Source: an uncultured Pelagibacteraceae bacterium
GTDB taxonomy: Bacteria; Pseudomonadota; Alphaproteobacteria; Pelagibacterales; Pelagibacteraceae
NCBI GenBank assembly: GCA_902587435.1
Contig: CACILF010000003.1
Coordinates: forward strand, 7,801-71,800
Direction: 5' to 3'
Length of the DNA stretch: 64,000 nucleotides
The translations under genes and the position numbers were made by a program. How positions within the stretch are numbered: the first letter of the stretch is position 1; the number at the start of each line of letters is the position of its first letter. Positions 9,950 to 18,887 of this stretch are shown one piece after another. Below the pieces are notes generated by a model, which was not told the DNA's origin, ran no database searches, and worked only from the letters and a program-made list of their open reading frames with translations.

Positions 9950-12328
9950 ATGGCAAGTTTAGTAGGATCAAGAGTTGAAAGAAAAGAAGATAAAAGATTT
10001 TTGACAGGTAAAGGTAGATATACTTCTGATATTAATATTGCTAACCAGACATATGCCATATTTATTAGATCTCCACACGCAAGAGCAAAAATAAAAAAAA
10101 TTGATACATCAAAAGCTCTTAAATCTTCAGGTGTAGTAGATATTTTAACAGGAGAACATATAGCGCAAGACAAAATTGGAGGCTTGATTGCTGGATGGGC
10201 TATTAGAAGCGAAGATGGTTCAGAAATGAAATGTCCTGCAAATCCACCATTAGCAAAAGATAGTGTAAATTTTGTTGGAGATCCCGTAGCTGTAGTTTTT
10301 GCTGAAACTTTAGACGAAGCTAGAGCAGCAGCTGAATTAGTAAAAGTTGATTATAAAGTTTTAAAGGCAGTTTCTAATTTAGGTGAAGCAATGAACAGTG
10401 AAGCAATACACGATGGTATAGATAAAAATCTTTGCTACGACTGGCTGCTTGGTGACAGACAAAAAGTTAAAGAAGCATTTGATAAAGCAGACAAAATTAT
10501 AAAACTAGATATTAATAATAATAGACTTATTCCTAATGCTATGGAACCAAGAGCTTGTGTAATAGATTATAATACTGCTTCAGAAGAAATAACTTGTTAC
10601 ACAACAAGTCAAAATCCACATTTATCAAGATTGATTATGTCGGCTTTCGGAGGTGTTGCTCCAGAAAATAAATTAAGAGTTGTTGCACCAGATGTAGGTG
10701 GAGGATTTGGATCAAAAATTAATCTTTATAACGAAGAAATAGTTTGTAGCTGGGCTTCAAAAAAAATAGAAAGACCTATCAAATGGGTAGCTGAAAGAAC
10801 AGAGTCTTTTCTAACAGATACTCACGGAAGGGATCATATTACTCATGCGGAATTAGCAGTTACTAATGATGGTAAATTTTTAGGATTTAAAAATGAAACA
10901 ATTGCAAATCTTGGAGCTTATGCAAGAGTATTTGGAACTGTAACCCCAACATATTTATTTGGACCATGTGCAACAGGCGTTTATATAATGCCAGCTGCAT
11001 ATTCTAATGTTAAAGCAGTTTATACAAATACTGCACCAGTAGATGCTTATAGAGGTGCAGGTAGACCAGAAGCTACTTATACTATTGAAAGAATTGTAGA
11101 CAAGGCTGCAATGGAATTAGGTATTGATCCAATTGAGATAAGAATGAAAAATTTTCCTACTGAGTTTCCATTTAAGCAAACTTTAGTTCACCAGATAGAT
11201 TCAGGCGATTATGTTGCTGGATTAAACAAAGCAAAAGAAATGGCGGATTATGATGGTTTTGCTGCTAGAAAAAAAGAATCAGAGTCAAAAGGCAAACTTA
11301 GAGGTATTGGGGTTACCTCTTATTTTGAAGCATGTGGTATTGCACCATCACCTGTAGTGATGATGTTAGGTTGTGGAGTGGGTTTATGGGAGTCAGCAGA
11401 AGTAAGATTTAATCCAACAGGACAAGTTACAGTTTATACTGGTTCTCATAGTCATGGACAAAGTCACCAAACTACATTTGCGCAAATTGCAGCTGATGAA
11501 TTGGGTGTTCCAATTGAAAATATTGATGTTGTTCATGGTGATACTGACAAAGGTACATTTGGTATGGGAACATATGGTTCAAGATCCTTAACTGTTGGAG
11601 GAATAGCAATAGTTAACGCTTGCAAAAAAATAGTTAATAAAGGAAAAAAAATTGCTGCTAAAATGTTGGAAGCAAGTCCTGATGAAGTTGATTTTAAAAA
11701 TGGTGAATTCGTTGTTGCAAAATCAAATAAAAAGAAAACAATTGGAGAAGTTGCTTTTGCAAGTTATCTTCCCGGAGTAAGAGACGAAGTTAAATCACCT
11801 TTACCAGAAGGAGAAGAACCAGGATTGATAGAATCTTCTTTTTTTGATCCAGCTAATTTCTCTTTTCCAGCAGGATCACATATTTGTGAAGTTGAAATAG
11901 ATCCTGAAACAGGTCATGTAAAACTTGATAAATATACAGCAGTTGATGATTTTGGAACTATAGTGAACCCACTAATTGTTGAAGGACAAGTTCATGGTGG
12001 ATTGGCTCAAGGAATTGGGCAAGCTTTATATGAGAATGCTCAATATGACGATTCTGGTCAATTGATTACAGCTTCTTACATGGATTATACAATGCCAAGA
12101 GCCGATGATCTTCCAGACTTTAATTTAGGATTTACTTGTACAAAGGCTACTACTAATCCATTAGGAGTTAAAGGATGTGGAGAAGCAGGAACTATAGCGG
12201 CAACACCAACAGTAATGAACGCAGTTATTAATGCTTTGGATGGAAAAGAAATTTCTTTACCCGCAACAGCAGAAAAAGTTTGGAAAGCATGTAAAGAAAT
12301 GAAAAAATCTAATGCTAAGGCGGCTTAA
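9950..12328 (+). CDS. coxL: Form II CoxL / xanthine dehydrogenase family molybdopterin large subunit
   Basis: VGGGFGSK; active-site loop AYRGAGR (form II); S-L-M gene order. Confidence 0.92.
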   Translation: MASLVGSRVERKEDKRFLTGKGRYTSDINIANQTYAIFIRSPHARAKIKKIDTSKALKSSGVVDILTGEHIAQDKIGGLIAGWAIRSEDGSEMKCPANPPLAKDSVNFVGDPVAVVFAETLDEARAAAELVKVDYKVLKAVSNLGEAMNSEAIHDGIDKNLCYDWLLGDRQKVKEAFDKADKIIKLDINNNRLIPNAMEPRACVIDYNTASEEITCYTTSQNPHLSRLIMSAFGGVAPENKLRVVAPDVGGGFGSKINLYNEEIVCSWASKKIERPIKWVAERTESFLTDTHGRDHITHAELAVTNDGKFLGFKNETIANLGAYARVFGTVTPTYLFGPCATGVYIMPAAYSNVKAVYTNTAPVDAYRGAGRPEATYTIERIVDKAAMELGIDPIEIRMKNFPTEFPFKQTLVHQIDSGDYVAGLNKAKEMADYDGFAARKKESESKGKLRGIGVTSYFEACGIAPSPVVMMLGCGVGLWESAEVRFNPTGQVTVYTGSHSHGQSHQTTFAQIAADELGVPIENIDVVHGDTDKGTFGMGTYGSRSLTVGGIAIVNACKKIVNKGKKIAAKMLEASPDEVDFKNGEFVVAKSNKKKTIGEVAFASYLPGVRDEVKSPLPEGEEPGLIESSFFDPANFSFPAGSHICEVEIDPETGHVKLDKYTAVDDFGTIVNPLIVEGQVHGGLAQGIGQALYENAQYDDSGQLITASYMDYTMPRADDLPDFNLGFTCTKATTNPLGVKGCGEAGTIAATPTVMNAVINALDGKEISLPATAEKVWKACKEMKKSNAKAA

Positions 12329-12336
12329 AGGAAATT

Positions 12337-13122
12337 ATGAAAACATTTAATTATCATTCTGCAAAAGATGTCAAAGAAGCATCAAAGTTAGCATCCTCTA
12401 ATTCAGCTTTTTTAGCTGGAGGAATGACAACTATACCTTCAATGAAATTAGGCTTAGCTTCATATAAAGATATTATCGATATTAAAAGAATAAAAAAACT
12501 ATCAGGAATTAAAGTCTCTGGAAAAACAGTTACAATAGGAGCAACAACAAAACATTCCGAAGTAGCAAGTTCAAAAGATGTTAAAAAAGCAATTCCTTCA
12601 TTAGCAGCTCTTGCAGAAGGTATTGGTGATCCACAAGTAAGAAATAGAGGTACGATTGGTGGTTCAATAGCAAATAATGATCCTGCTGCAGATTATCCTT
12701 CAGCATGTATTGCTTTAAATGCTACTATACATACTAATAATCGTTCAATTGATGCAGAAAAATTTTTTAGAGGGATGTTTGAAACTTGTCTTAAAAGTAC
12801 TGAAGTAATAGAGTCAATTGAATTTTCAATACCTCAAAAATCAAGTTATCAAAAATTACCAAATCCAGCTTCGCGATATGCAATAGTGGGTGTTTATGTT
12901 GCACAACATAAAACAGGAATAAATGTTGGAGTAACTGGCGCTAAGTCATGTGTATATAACGATAAAGATTTAGCAGGGGCATTAACTAAGAATTTTTCTT
13001 CATCAGCCATAGATAGCGTTAAAGTATCTTCATCAGGTATGAACTCAGATATACATGCCTCTTCAGATTACAGAGCAAATATGGTTAAAGCTTTTGCTAA
13101 AAAAGCTGTTGATGCTTGCTAA
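12337..13122 (+). CDS. coxM: CoxM FAD-binding medium subunit
   Basis: LAGG, IGDPQVRNRGTIGGS, DPAAD, NPASRYA. Confidence 0.93.
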   Translation: MKTFNYHSAKDVKEASKLASSNSAFLAGGMTTIPSMKLGLASYKDIIDIKRIKKLSGIKVSGKTVTIGATTKHSEVASSKDVKKAIPSLAALAEGIGDPQVRNRGTIGGSIANNDPAADYPSACIALNATIHTNNRSIDAEKFFRGMFETCLKSTEVIESIEFSIPQKSSYQKLPNPASRYAIVGVYVAQHKTGINVGVTGAKSCVYNDKDLAGALTKNFSSSAIDSVKVSSSGMNSDIHASSDYRANMVKAFAKKAVDAC

Positions 13123-13152
13123 ATATTTCTTTCAGTAATACCTTTACATCTA

Positions 13153-13482
13153 ATGAAAAATTCATTTGATGAAAAAATTTTAGAAGAAGCAAATGATTGG
13201 TTAAATGCTAACCAAAAAGTTGTTCTTGCAACAGTAATTCAAACCTGGGGCTCATCACCTAGACAAGTAGGAAGCAGAATGATTGTCAATGAAAAAGGAG
13301 ATTTTTCAGGCTCCGTTTCTGGGGGATGCGTTGAATCTGCAGTAGTAAGAGAATGCATTGGTTTAATTAAAGACAATAAACCGTGTAAAAAAATTGAATT
13401 TAAAGTTTCCAACGAAAGTGCTTGGGAAGTGGGACTTGCATGCGGTGGTGAAATAGCAGTCTATTTAGAAAAGATAAATTAA
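13153..13482 (+). CDS. XdhC/CoxI N-terminal domain protein
   Basis: TWGSSPR, GSVSGGCVE, VGLACGG. Confidence 0.9.
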   Translation: MKNSFDEKILEEANDWLNANQKVVLATVIQTWGSSPRQVGSRMIVNEKGDFSGSVSGGCVESAVVRECIGLIKDNKPCKKIEFKVSNESAWEVGLACGGEIAVYLEKIN

Positions 13483-13486
13483 ATTT

Positions 13487-13621
13487 ATGATTGAGATACA
13501 TATAAAATATATAAACTGGTGGAAAAAAAAACTTAATCTTTCGGATTACGCAGTGCTTTGGATAACGTTTATTAAAGGCTTAATCATTGGACTTTTAATC
13601 TACCATTTTATTATTGTTTAA
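13487..13621 (+). CDS. Uncalled 44-aa small membrane protein
   Basis: MIEIHIKYINWWKKKLNLSDYAVLWITFIKGLIIGLLIYHFIIV; exactly fills the gap, stop abuts next ATG. Confidence 0.7.
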   Translation: MIEIHIKYINWWKKKLNLSDYAVLWITFIKGLIIGLLIYHFIIV

Positions 13622-14302
13622 ATGAAACACTCTCAACTTAAGGAAATAATCAAAAAAAAGGCTTCAAAGATAGAATTTGCAATTGTAACTAATCTTGAAA
13701 ATGGTTTGAGCGAAATATATGAACCTGGAAAATCATTAAGCAAAGAATTTGAAATTTATAAACAGCAAATTGATAATTTTTTTAAATTAAAAAAAAATGG
13801 AGTAATAGAAAATACTGAAATTTTTATCGAAACATATGTTAGACCTATAAAAGTTATTATTGTAGGCGCAGTTCATATAGCTCAATATCTGGTAGATTTT
13901 GCAAAAAGCTTGAACTTTGAAATTTCCATTATAGATCCTCGTGGCTATTTTGCATCGGAACAAAGATTTCCTGATATGAAAATTATCAATAAATGGCCAG
14001 ATGAAGCTTTTAAAGAAATAGAAACAAATGAAAATTCTGCACTAATTGCTTTAACTCACGACCCCAAAATAGATGATCCAGCATTACAATATGCTCTTAA
14101 TAAAAAATTTTATTATATAGGTGCGCTAGGTAGCAAGAAAACTCATGAAAACAGATGTCAAAGATTAAAAGATGCGGGATTTAATAGCGACCAAATTAAT
14201 TCAATACACGGTCCAATTGGTATTAAACTAGGTGGAAGATCAGCTCCAGAGATAGCTCTATCTATTATTGCACAATTAGTATCAGAAACTTATAAAAAAT
14301 AA
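13622..14302 (+). CDS. XdhC/CoxF C-terminal Rossmann domain protein
   Basis: VGAVHIAQ, IIDPR, LTHDPKIDDPAL, YIGALGS, PEIALSI. Confidence 0.9.
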   Translation: MKHSQLKEIIKKKASKIEFAIVTNLENGLSEIYEPGKSLSKEFEIYKQQIDNFFKLKKNGVIENTEIFIETYVRPIKVIIVGAVHIAQYLVDFAKSLNFEISIIDPRGYFASEQRFPDMKIINKWPDEAFKEIETNENSALIALTHDPKIDDPALQYALNKKFYYIGALGSKKTHENRCQRLKDAGFNSDQINSIHGPIGIKLGGRSAPEIALSIIAQLVSETYKK

Positions 14303-14722
14303 ATGGAACAAGTATTTGAGGAAATAAAAATTAATACCGAAGGGCAAGGTTTTTATAATTTTACTGAAAACACTTTAGATTGGATTGATAAACAAAAAAT
14401 TAAAAATGGTATTTTAAATATTAATATATTACACACCAGCGCTTCATTAATTATTCAGGAAAATGCAGATCCAGATGTATTATATGACCTTAAAAATTTT
14501 TTTCATAAACTAGTACCAATGGATCAAAAATTATACAAACATACCATTGAAGGAAAAGATGATATGCCAGCCCACATAAAATCTGCACTTACTAATAATC
14601 AATTAACTTTAAGTTTAAAAAATAAAAAATTAATTCTTGGAACTTGGCAAGGTCTTTATTTGTTTGAACATAGACTTGAAAACCAAACAAGAATTTTATC
14701 CCATCATTTAATTGGAGATTAA
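14303..14722 (+). CDS. yjbQ: YjbQ/UPF0047 family protein
   Basis: HTSASLIIQENADPDV, EGKDDMPAHIK, LGTWQG. Confidence 0.9.
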   Translation: MEQVFEEIKINTEGQGFYNFTENTLDWIDKQKIKNGILNINILHTSASLIIQENADPDVLYDLKNFFHKLVPMDQKLYKHTIEGKDDMPAHIKSALTNNQLTLSLKNKKLILGTWQGLYLFEHRLENQTRILSHHLIGD

Positions 14723-14725
14723 AAA

Positions 14726-15298
14726 ATGATTAAAGTTATTCTGTTAGCTGCAGGACAATCTAAAAGGCTTAAAAGTGAAAATAAATTAATTAAAAAGTTT
14801 AAAAATAAAGCTTTAATTAATCATTCACTACAAGCATTATTTAAAAGTAAAGTAGATAAAATTGTCATTGTTCTTGGTTATCAGAACAAAGAAGTAAGAA
14901 AAGTGATTAAGAAGAATAAAAAAAATATTTTTGTATTTAATAAAAACTTTAGATTAGGCATGTCATCTTCAATTAAAGTAGGTTTAAAAAAAATATCAAA
15001 AAAAGACAAAGGGTTTATGATTGTTCATTCTGATATGCCATTTATAAGGACTTCAGATATTAATAAAATTTATAATTCAATATCTAAAAAAAGACATTTA
15101 GTTCACGCATTAAAATTTAAGAATAAAATTGGCAATCCAATAGGTTTCGATAGTTCTGTATTAATTAAATTTAAAAGAATGAAAGGTGATGTTGGGGCCA
15201 AGTTTATGGTCAAAAGATTAAAAAATAATACTAATTTTATAAAAGTTTTAAGTAAAAAAGTTTTTAAAGATTTAGATTTAAGAAAAGATTTTAATTAG
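14726..15298 (+). CDS. mocA: Molybdenum cofactor cytidylyltransferase MocA-like
   Basis: LLAAGQSKR..NKL, GMSSSIKVG, DMP, GNP, GDVGA; cox context. Confidence 0.8.
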   Translation: MIKVILLAAGQSKRLKSENKLIKKFKNKALINHSLQALFKSKVDKIVIVLGYQNKEVRKVIKKNKKNIFVFNKNFRLGMSSSIKVGLKKISKKDKGFMIVHSDMPFIRTSDINKIYNSISKKRHLVHALKFKNKIGNPIGFDSSVLIKFKRMKGDVGAKFMVKRLKNNTNFIKVLSKKVFKDLDLRKDFN

Positions 15299-15737
15299 CT
15301 TGTATAGGATTTCCTTTTAGCCATTCACTTTCTTCATTTTCATAATGTTCTTTTTTCCAAATAGGAGATCTTTTCTTAATTTCTTCAATAATGTATCTAG
15401 AAAGAATATATGTTTCAGCTCTATGAGGACAGGCAACAGCAATAATAATACTTATTTCTCCTAATCCCAAATATCCTTTTACATGTTCAACATAAACTGC
15501 TTTATCTTTAATTTTTAATTTTTGGCCAACTTCATTGTAAATTTCCTCAAAACTTTTAATCACCATTGCATCATGACTATCATAGGTAATTCCTGTTACT
15601 TTTTTATTATCATTATTTTCTCTAACAGTTCCTTTAAAAATTAATGAAGCACCAAATTTAGATGAAGATACAAATTCTTCAGCTTTATTAACTTCTATTT
15701 TTTCTTTTTTAAGATCTATTATTTTTGCATGAAGCAT
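15291..15737 (-). CDS. moaE: Molybdopterin synthase catalytic subunit
   Basis: FKGTVR, PHR, PIWKKE. Confidence 0.93.
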   Translation of the reverse strand: MLHAKIIDLKKEKIEVNKAEEFVSSSKFGASLIFKGTVRENNDNKKVTGITYDSHDAMVIKSFEEIYNEVGQKLKIKDKAVYVEHVKGYLGLGEISIIIAVACPHRAETYILSRYIIEEIKKRSPIWKKEHYENEESEWLKGNPIQAN

Positions 15738-16006
15738 TAACCACCTCCAATAGGGGGAATAATTCCAATTTTTTGATCTTTTGTAATTTTATAATTTTCA
15801 GAAATAATATTATTATCTTCAGAGCAGAAAGCTGAAGTTTCAATTATTTTCTTAAAATTCTTATTTCCTTTAAACCTTTCATCAACATAATTAATAATTT
15901 TTTTCTTAAAATCTTTGATTGAAATCTTTTTTTCAATATTAAACTCTAAAAAATCATTATCACTTAAATCTCTACTTGCTCCAAAAAGCTCAAGTTTAAC
16001 TTTCAT
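15737..16006 (-). CDS. moaD: Molybdopterin synthase sulfur carrier
   Basis: C-terminal PPIGGG, between moaC and moaE. Confidence 0.9.
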   Translation of the reverse strand: MKVKLELFGASRDLSDNDFLEFNIEKKISIKDFKKKIINYVDERFKGNKNFKKIIETSAFCSEDNNIISENYKITKDQKIGIIPPIGGG

Positions 16007-16008
16007 AA

Positions 16009-16554
16009 TTAAAAAATATTTTCTAAAAATTTAGGAAGTCCATCTGGATTTGTCCATAATCCGCTTTTGCCACCTTCCTTAATTAATAATTTAACATTAT
16101 CAATTTTTAGATGTGGATTAACAATTTTACTTAGGTCGTAAATTGTAATCAGTGCTGAATTAACTCCCATAATTGCTTCCATCTCAACACCTGTTTTTGT
16201 AACTGCCGAAACAACACAAAATACTTCTAAAGAAGAATCTTCTTCGTGCATAATAATTTTAGTTGCAGTATGATCTATTGGAAGAGGATGACACAAGGGA
16301 ATTAATTCACTTGTTTTTTTAACACCTAAAACAGCCGAAACTTCTGCTAGAGTTATAGGGTCTCCCTTGGGCATTTCTTTGTTTTTAATCTTATTAAAAA
16401 CTTCTTTCCCAACATAAATTTTCCCCGATGCAAGAGCTCTTCTAAATGTTTCTTTTTTTGAGGAAACATCAACCATATTAAATGAATTTTTTTTAAAAAT
16501 TTCTTTTGCCCAATCTTTTAATTCATCTTGATTTACTATTTTTAATTTCGTCAA
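16009..16554 (-). CDS. moaC: Cyclic pyranopterin monophosphate synthase
   Basis: MVDVSSK, LIPLCHP, TGVEMEA, KEGGKSG. Confidence 0.95.
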   Translation of the reverse strand: MTKLKIVNQDELKDWAKEIFKKNSFNMVDVSSKKETFRRALASGKIYVGKEVFNKIKNKEMPKGDPITLAEVSAVLGVKKTSELIPLCHPLPIDHTATKIIMHEEDSSLEVFCVVSAVTKTGVEMEAIMGVNSALITIYDLSKIVNPHLKIDNVKLLIKEGGKSGLWTNPDGLPKFLENIF

Positions 16555-17541
16555 TTATCCTCCTGTTTTAGATAAATTTTTAGTTGAGCCCGTATCCCCA
16601 AGTTCTAAATAATGCGACTCTTTTTTAAACTGCATTTGTTTTAATATAAGGTCTTTTAACTCGTTAAGTTGATCGTCTTTTTGTAATAAATGTCTTACAC
16701 TTATTCCAGTATTTCCAAATAAACAAAGTCTCAAATCTCCTCTAGAAGTAATCCTTAAACGATTACAAGTTTTACAAAAATCTTTTGAATAAGGAGCAAT
16801 TATTCCAAATTTACCTTTATATTCAGGGTTTATGTAATTTAGTGATGGACCAGCGTCTTTTCCTAAAGTTTGGTAAATCCAATTATTTTCATTTAAATAA
16901 TTCTTAAATATCTTAGATGAAGTATGATATTTTTTAAAATATTCTAAATTATCACCTGTTTGCATTAACTCTATATATCTAAAATCTATTTTGTTATTTT
17001 GAATAAATTTTGACCATGAATCAAAGTCTTTTTCTGATGAATTAATACCATTGAGTAGAACAGCATTAATTTTAATATTTTCAAAACCTAATTCTTGTAA
17101 ATTTTTTATTCCTTCTAAAATTTCTGGCAACCTGTCATGCCCAGTAATATTTTTAAAAGTTTCACGGTTAAGACTATCTATACTTATGTTTATTCCATTT
17201 AAACCACTATCAACTAATAGCTTTGCTTTTTTATCTAAATGATAGCCATTTGTTGTAATTACAACTTTTTTTATTCCAGAATCTACTTTTAAAACTCTAA
17301 TAATTTCAAAAAAATCTTTTCTCACAGTTGGCTCACCACCTGTAATTCTAATTTTATTAACCCCTAATTCAGAGAAACATTTTGCAAGACGTTTTATTTC
17401 ATCAAGATGAAGAAATTTTCTATTATCACTTTTATCAATTTGGTACCCATTTGGTAAACAATAACCACATTTAAAATTACAAACATCTGTAATTGACATT
17501 CTAATATACGGAAATGTTCTACCAAAACTATCTTTAAGCAT
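16555..17541 (-). CDS. moaA: GTP 3',8-cyclase (radical SAM)
   Basis: CNFKCGYC, TGGEP, FCKTCNRLR..C, C-terminal GG. Confidence 0.96.
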   Translation of the reverse strand: MLKDSFGRTFPYIRMSITDVCNFKCGYCLPNGYQIDKSDNRKFLHLDEIKRLAKCFSELGVNKIRITGGEPTVRKDFFEIIRVLKVDSGIKKVVITTNGYHLDKKAKLLVDSGLNGINISIDSLNRETFKNITGHDRLPEILEGIKNLQELGFENIKINAVLLNGINSSEKDFDSWSKFIQNNKIDFRYIELMQTGDNLEYFKKYHTSSKIFKNYLNENNWIYQTLGKDAGPSLNYINPEYKGKFGIIAPYSKDFCKTCNRLRITSRGDLRLCLFGNTGISVRHLLQKDDQLNELKDLILKQMQFKKESHYLELGDTGSTKNLSKTGG

Positions 17542-17591
17542 TTTTATTTATTTTTTTTTAATTTAAGTTATCATAATTATTAAATTATATC

Positions 17592-18428
17592 ATGACCAAA
17601 ATCCTTACCAATGATGAGATAAATCAGTTCAAAAAAGATGGTGCTATATTTTTGAAAGGAAAATTTGATGTTAGTTGGATAAAAAAACTTCAGACTGGAA
17701 TTGAAAAAGACATAAAAAACCCAAGTCCAAGATTTAAATCTCATACTTTAGAACAAGACGTTCCTGCTTATTTAGAAGATTATTGGACTTGGCATTTAGT
17801 GCCTGAATTTAAAGATTTTGTATTCAATTCACCTTATGCAAAAATAGCATCAGAGTTAATGTCAGCAAAAAAAATAAATCTTGTTATGGATAATTGGTTT
17901 TTAAGAGAAGGTGGATCTAAATCAAAAACTCCTTTCCATCACGATGTTAGTTATTTTGATATGGAAGGTACAATGTGTGTACTTTGGTTGCCACTTCAAC
18001 CAAGTAAAAAAGATGAAGGTGTTGCTTGGGTAAAAGGATCACACTTATGGAATAAATTATTTTTAAGAGTTCTTTTTAAAGATGGGCATAAAATAGAAGG
18101 TAACGAATGTGTAATTAATGGAAAAAAATATGAAACACCTCCAGATATTTTAGGAAATAAAGATAAATATGAATTTTTAAATTGGGATTGTGATTTGGGA
18201 GACTGTGTAATTTTTGATATGAGAACACTTCATGGTGCTATTAGTCCGTCAATACCTAACAAAACTTTGAGCCGTTATACTTTAAGAGTTGCAAAAGAAG
18301 ATACAAAAATAAGCTATATTGGAGATTGGACTAGTTATAATTACAGAAAAGCTATGCAAGACGCTGGATATAAAAATGGTGATCCTTTAGGGGGCGAAAT
18401 GTTTCCAACTTTATATGAAACTAATTAA
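17592..18428 (+). CDS. PhyH-family Fe(II)/2-oxoglutarate dioxygenase
   Basis: HxD (PFHHD), GSH and distal His (TLHGA). Confidence 0.85.
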   Translation: MTKILTNDEINQFKKDGAIFLKGKFDVSWIKKLQTGIEKDIKNPSPRFKSHTLEQDVPAYLEDYWTWHLVPEFKDFVFNSPYAKIASELMSAKKINLVMDNWFLREGGSKSKTPFHHDVSYFDMEGTMCVLWLPLQPSKKDEGVAWVKGSHLWNKLFLRVLFKDGHKIEGNECVINGKKYETPPDILGNKDKYEFLNWDCDLGDCVIFDMRTLHGAISPSIPNKTLSRYTLRVAKEDTKISYIGDWTSYNYRKAMQDAGYKNGDPLGGEMFPTLYETN

Positions 18429-18455
18429 CTTCTAGCCCTTAAGACTAGAAGTTAA
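18425..18455. terminator. Hairpin between convergent genes, likely bidirectional terminator
   Basis: TTAACTTCTAG-9nt-CTAGAAGTTAA, perfect 11-bp stem. Confidence 0.7.
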
Positions 18456-18467
18456 ATTTCTAAAAAT

Positions 18468-18791
18468 TTATCCTGCAGGCTTATAAAGACCCATTGCTTT
18501 TCCAGCCATCTCAGCTGTTTTACTCATATCCATTTCTTCTAATATAGTAAAATTGCTAATAGCTCCAGAAGCCTCAACTGCTAATTTAACTGCAGCCATT
18601 GACTCAAAGTCTTTTCCGCTAACACATCCAACAAAATCATAAGATCCTCTTGTTATCGCAAATGATTCCATTTTAGCATCCAATGCTGTTGCCAATGCAT
18701 TTGCGGCAGCAGCTCTATCTTGTTTGGGATCTTTTATAAATCCTTTAAACGCTTGGGCAGTGTAGTTTCCGATTATATAAAATTTAGCCAT
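18468..18791 (-). CDS. GYD domain protein
   Basis: YT.....G..K.P..DR and GSYD pattern; GGAG RBS. Confidence 0.8.
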   Translation of the reverse strand: MAKFYIIGNYTAQAFKGFIKDPKQDRAAAANALATALDAKMESFAITRGSYDFVGCVSGKDFESMAAVKLAVEASGAISNFTILEEMDMSKTAEMAGKAMGLYKPAG

Positions 18792-18887
18792 AATATTCTC
18801 CTTTCTTTAATATTTTAGAATATCATTATTACAAAAATGTTATAATGAGTAAATTGCATAGTAGACACAATCTAAAGTAATGTTAAA

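Noticed and set aside
9950-12328. Bona fide (form I) CO dehydrogenase
   Set aside because: Active-site loop is AYRGAGR and gene order is S-L-M; form I has AYXCSFR and M-S-L.
13153-14302. xdhC as a disrupted pseudogene
   Set aside because: Both halves are intact domains with their own starts, and two-gene XdhC is common in alphaproteobacterial cox clusters.
18846-18866. Fourth copy of the TGCATAnnTGAT box upstream of the aldehyde dehydrogenase (also TGCATA at 39341)
   Set aside because: Lacks TGAT and is too close to the start; more simply a TTGCAT -35 element.
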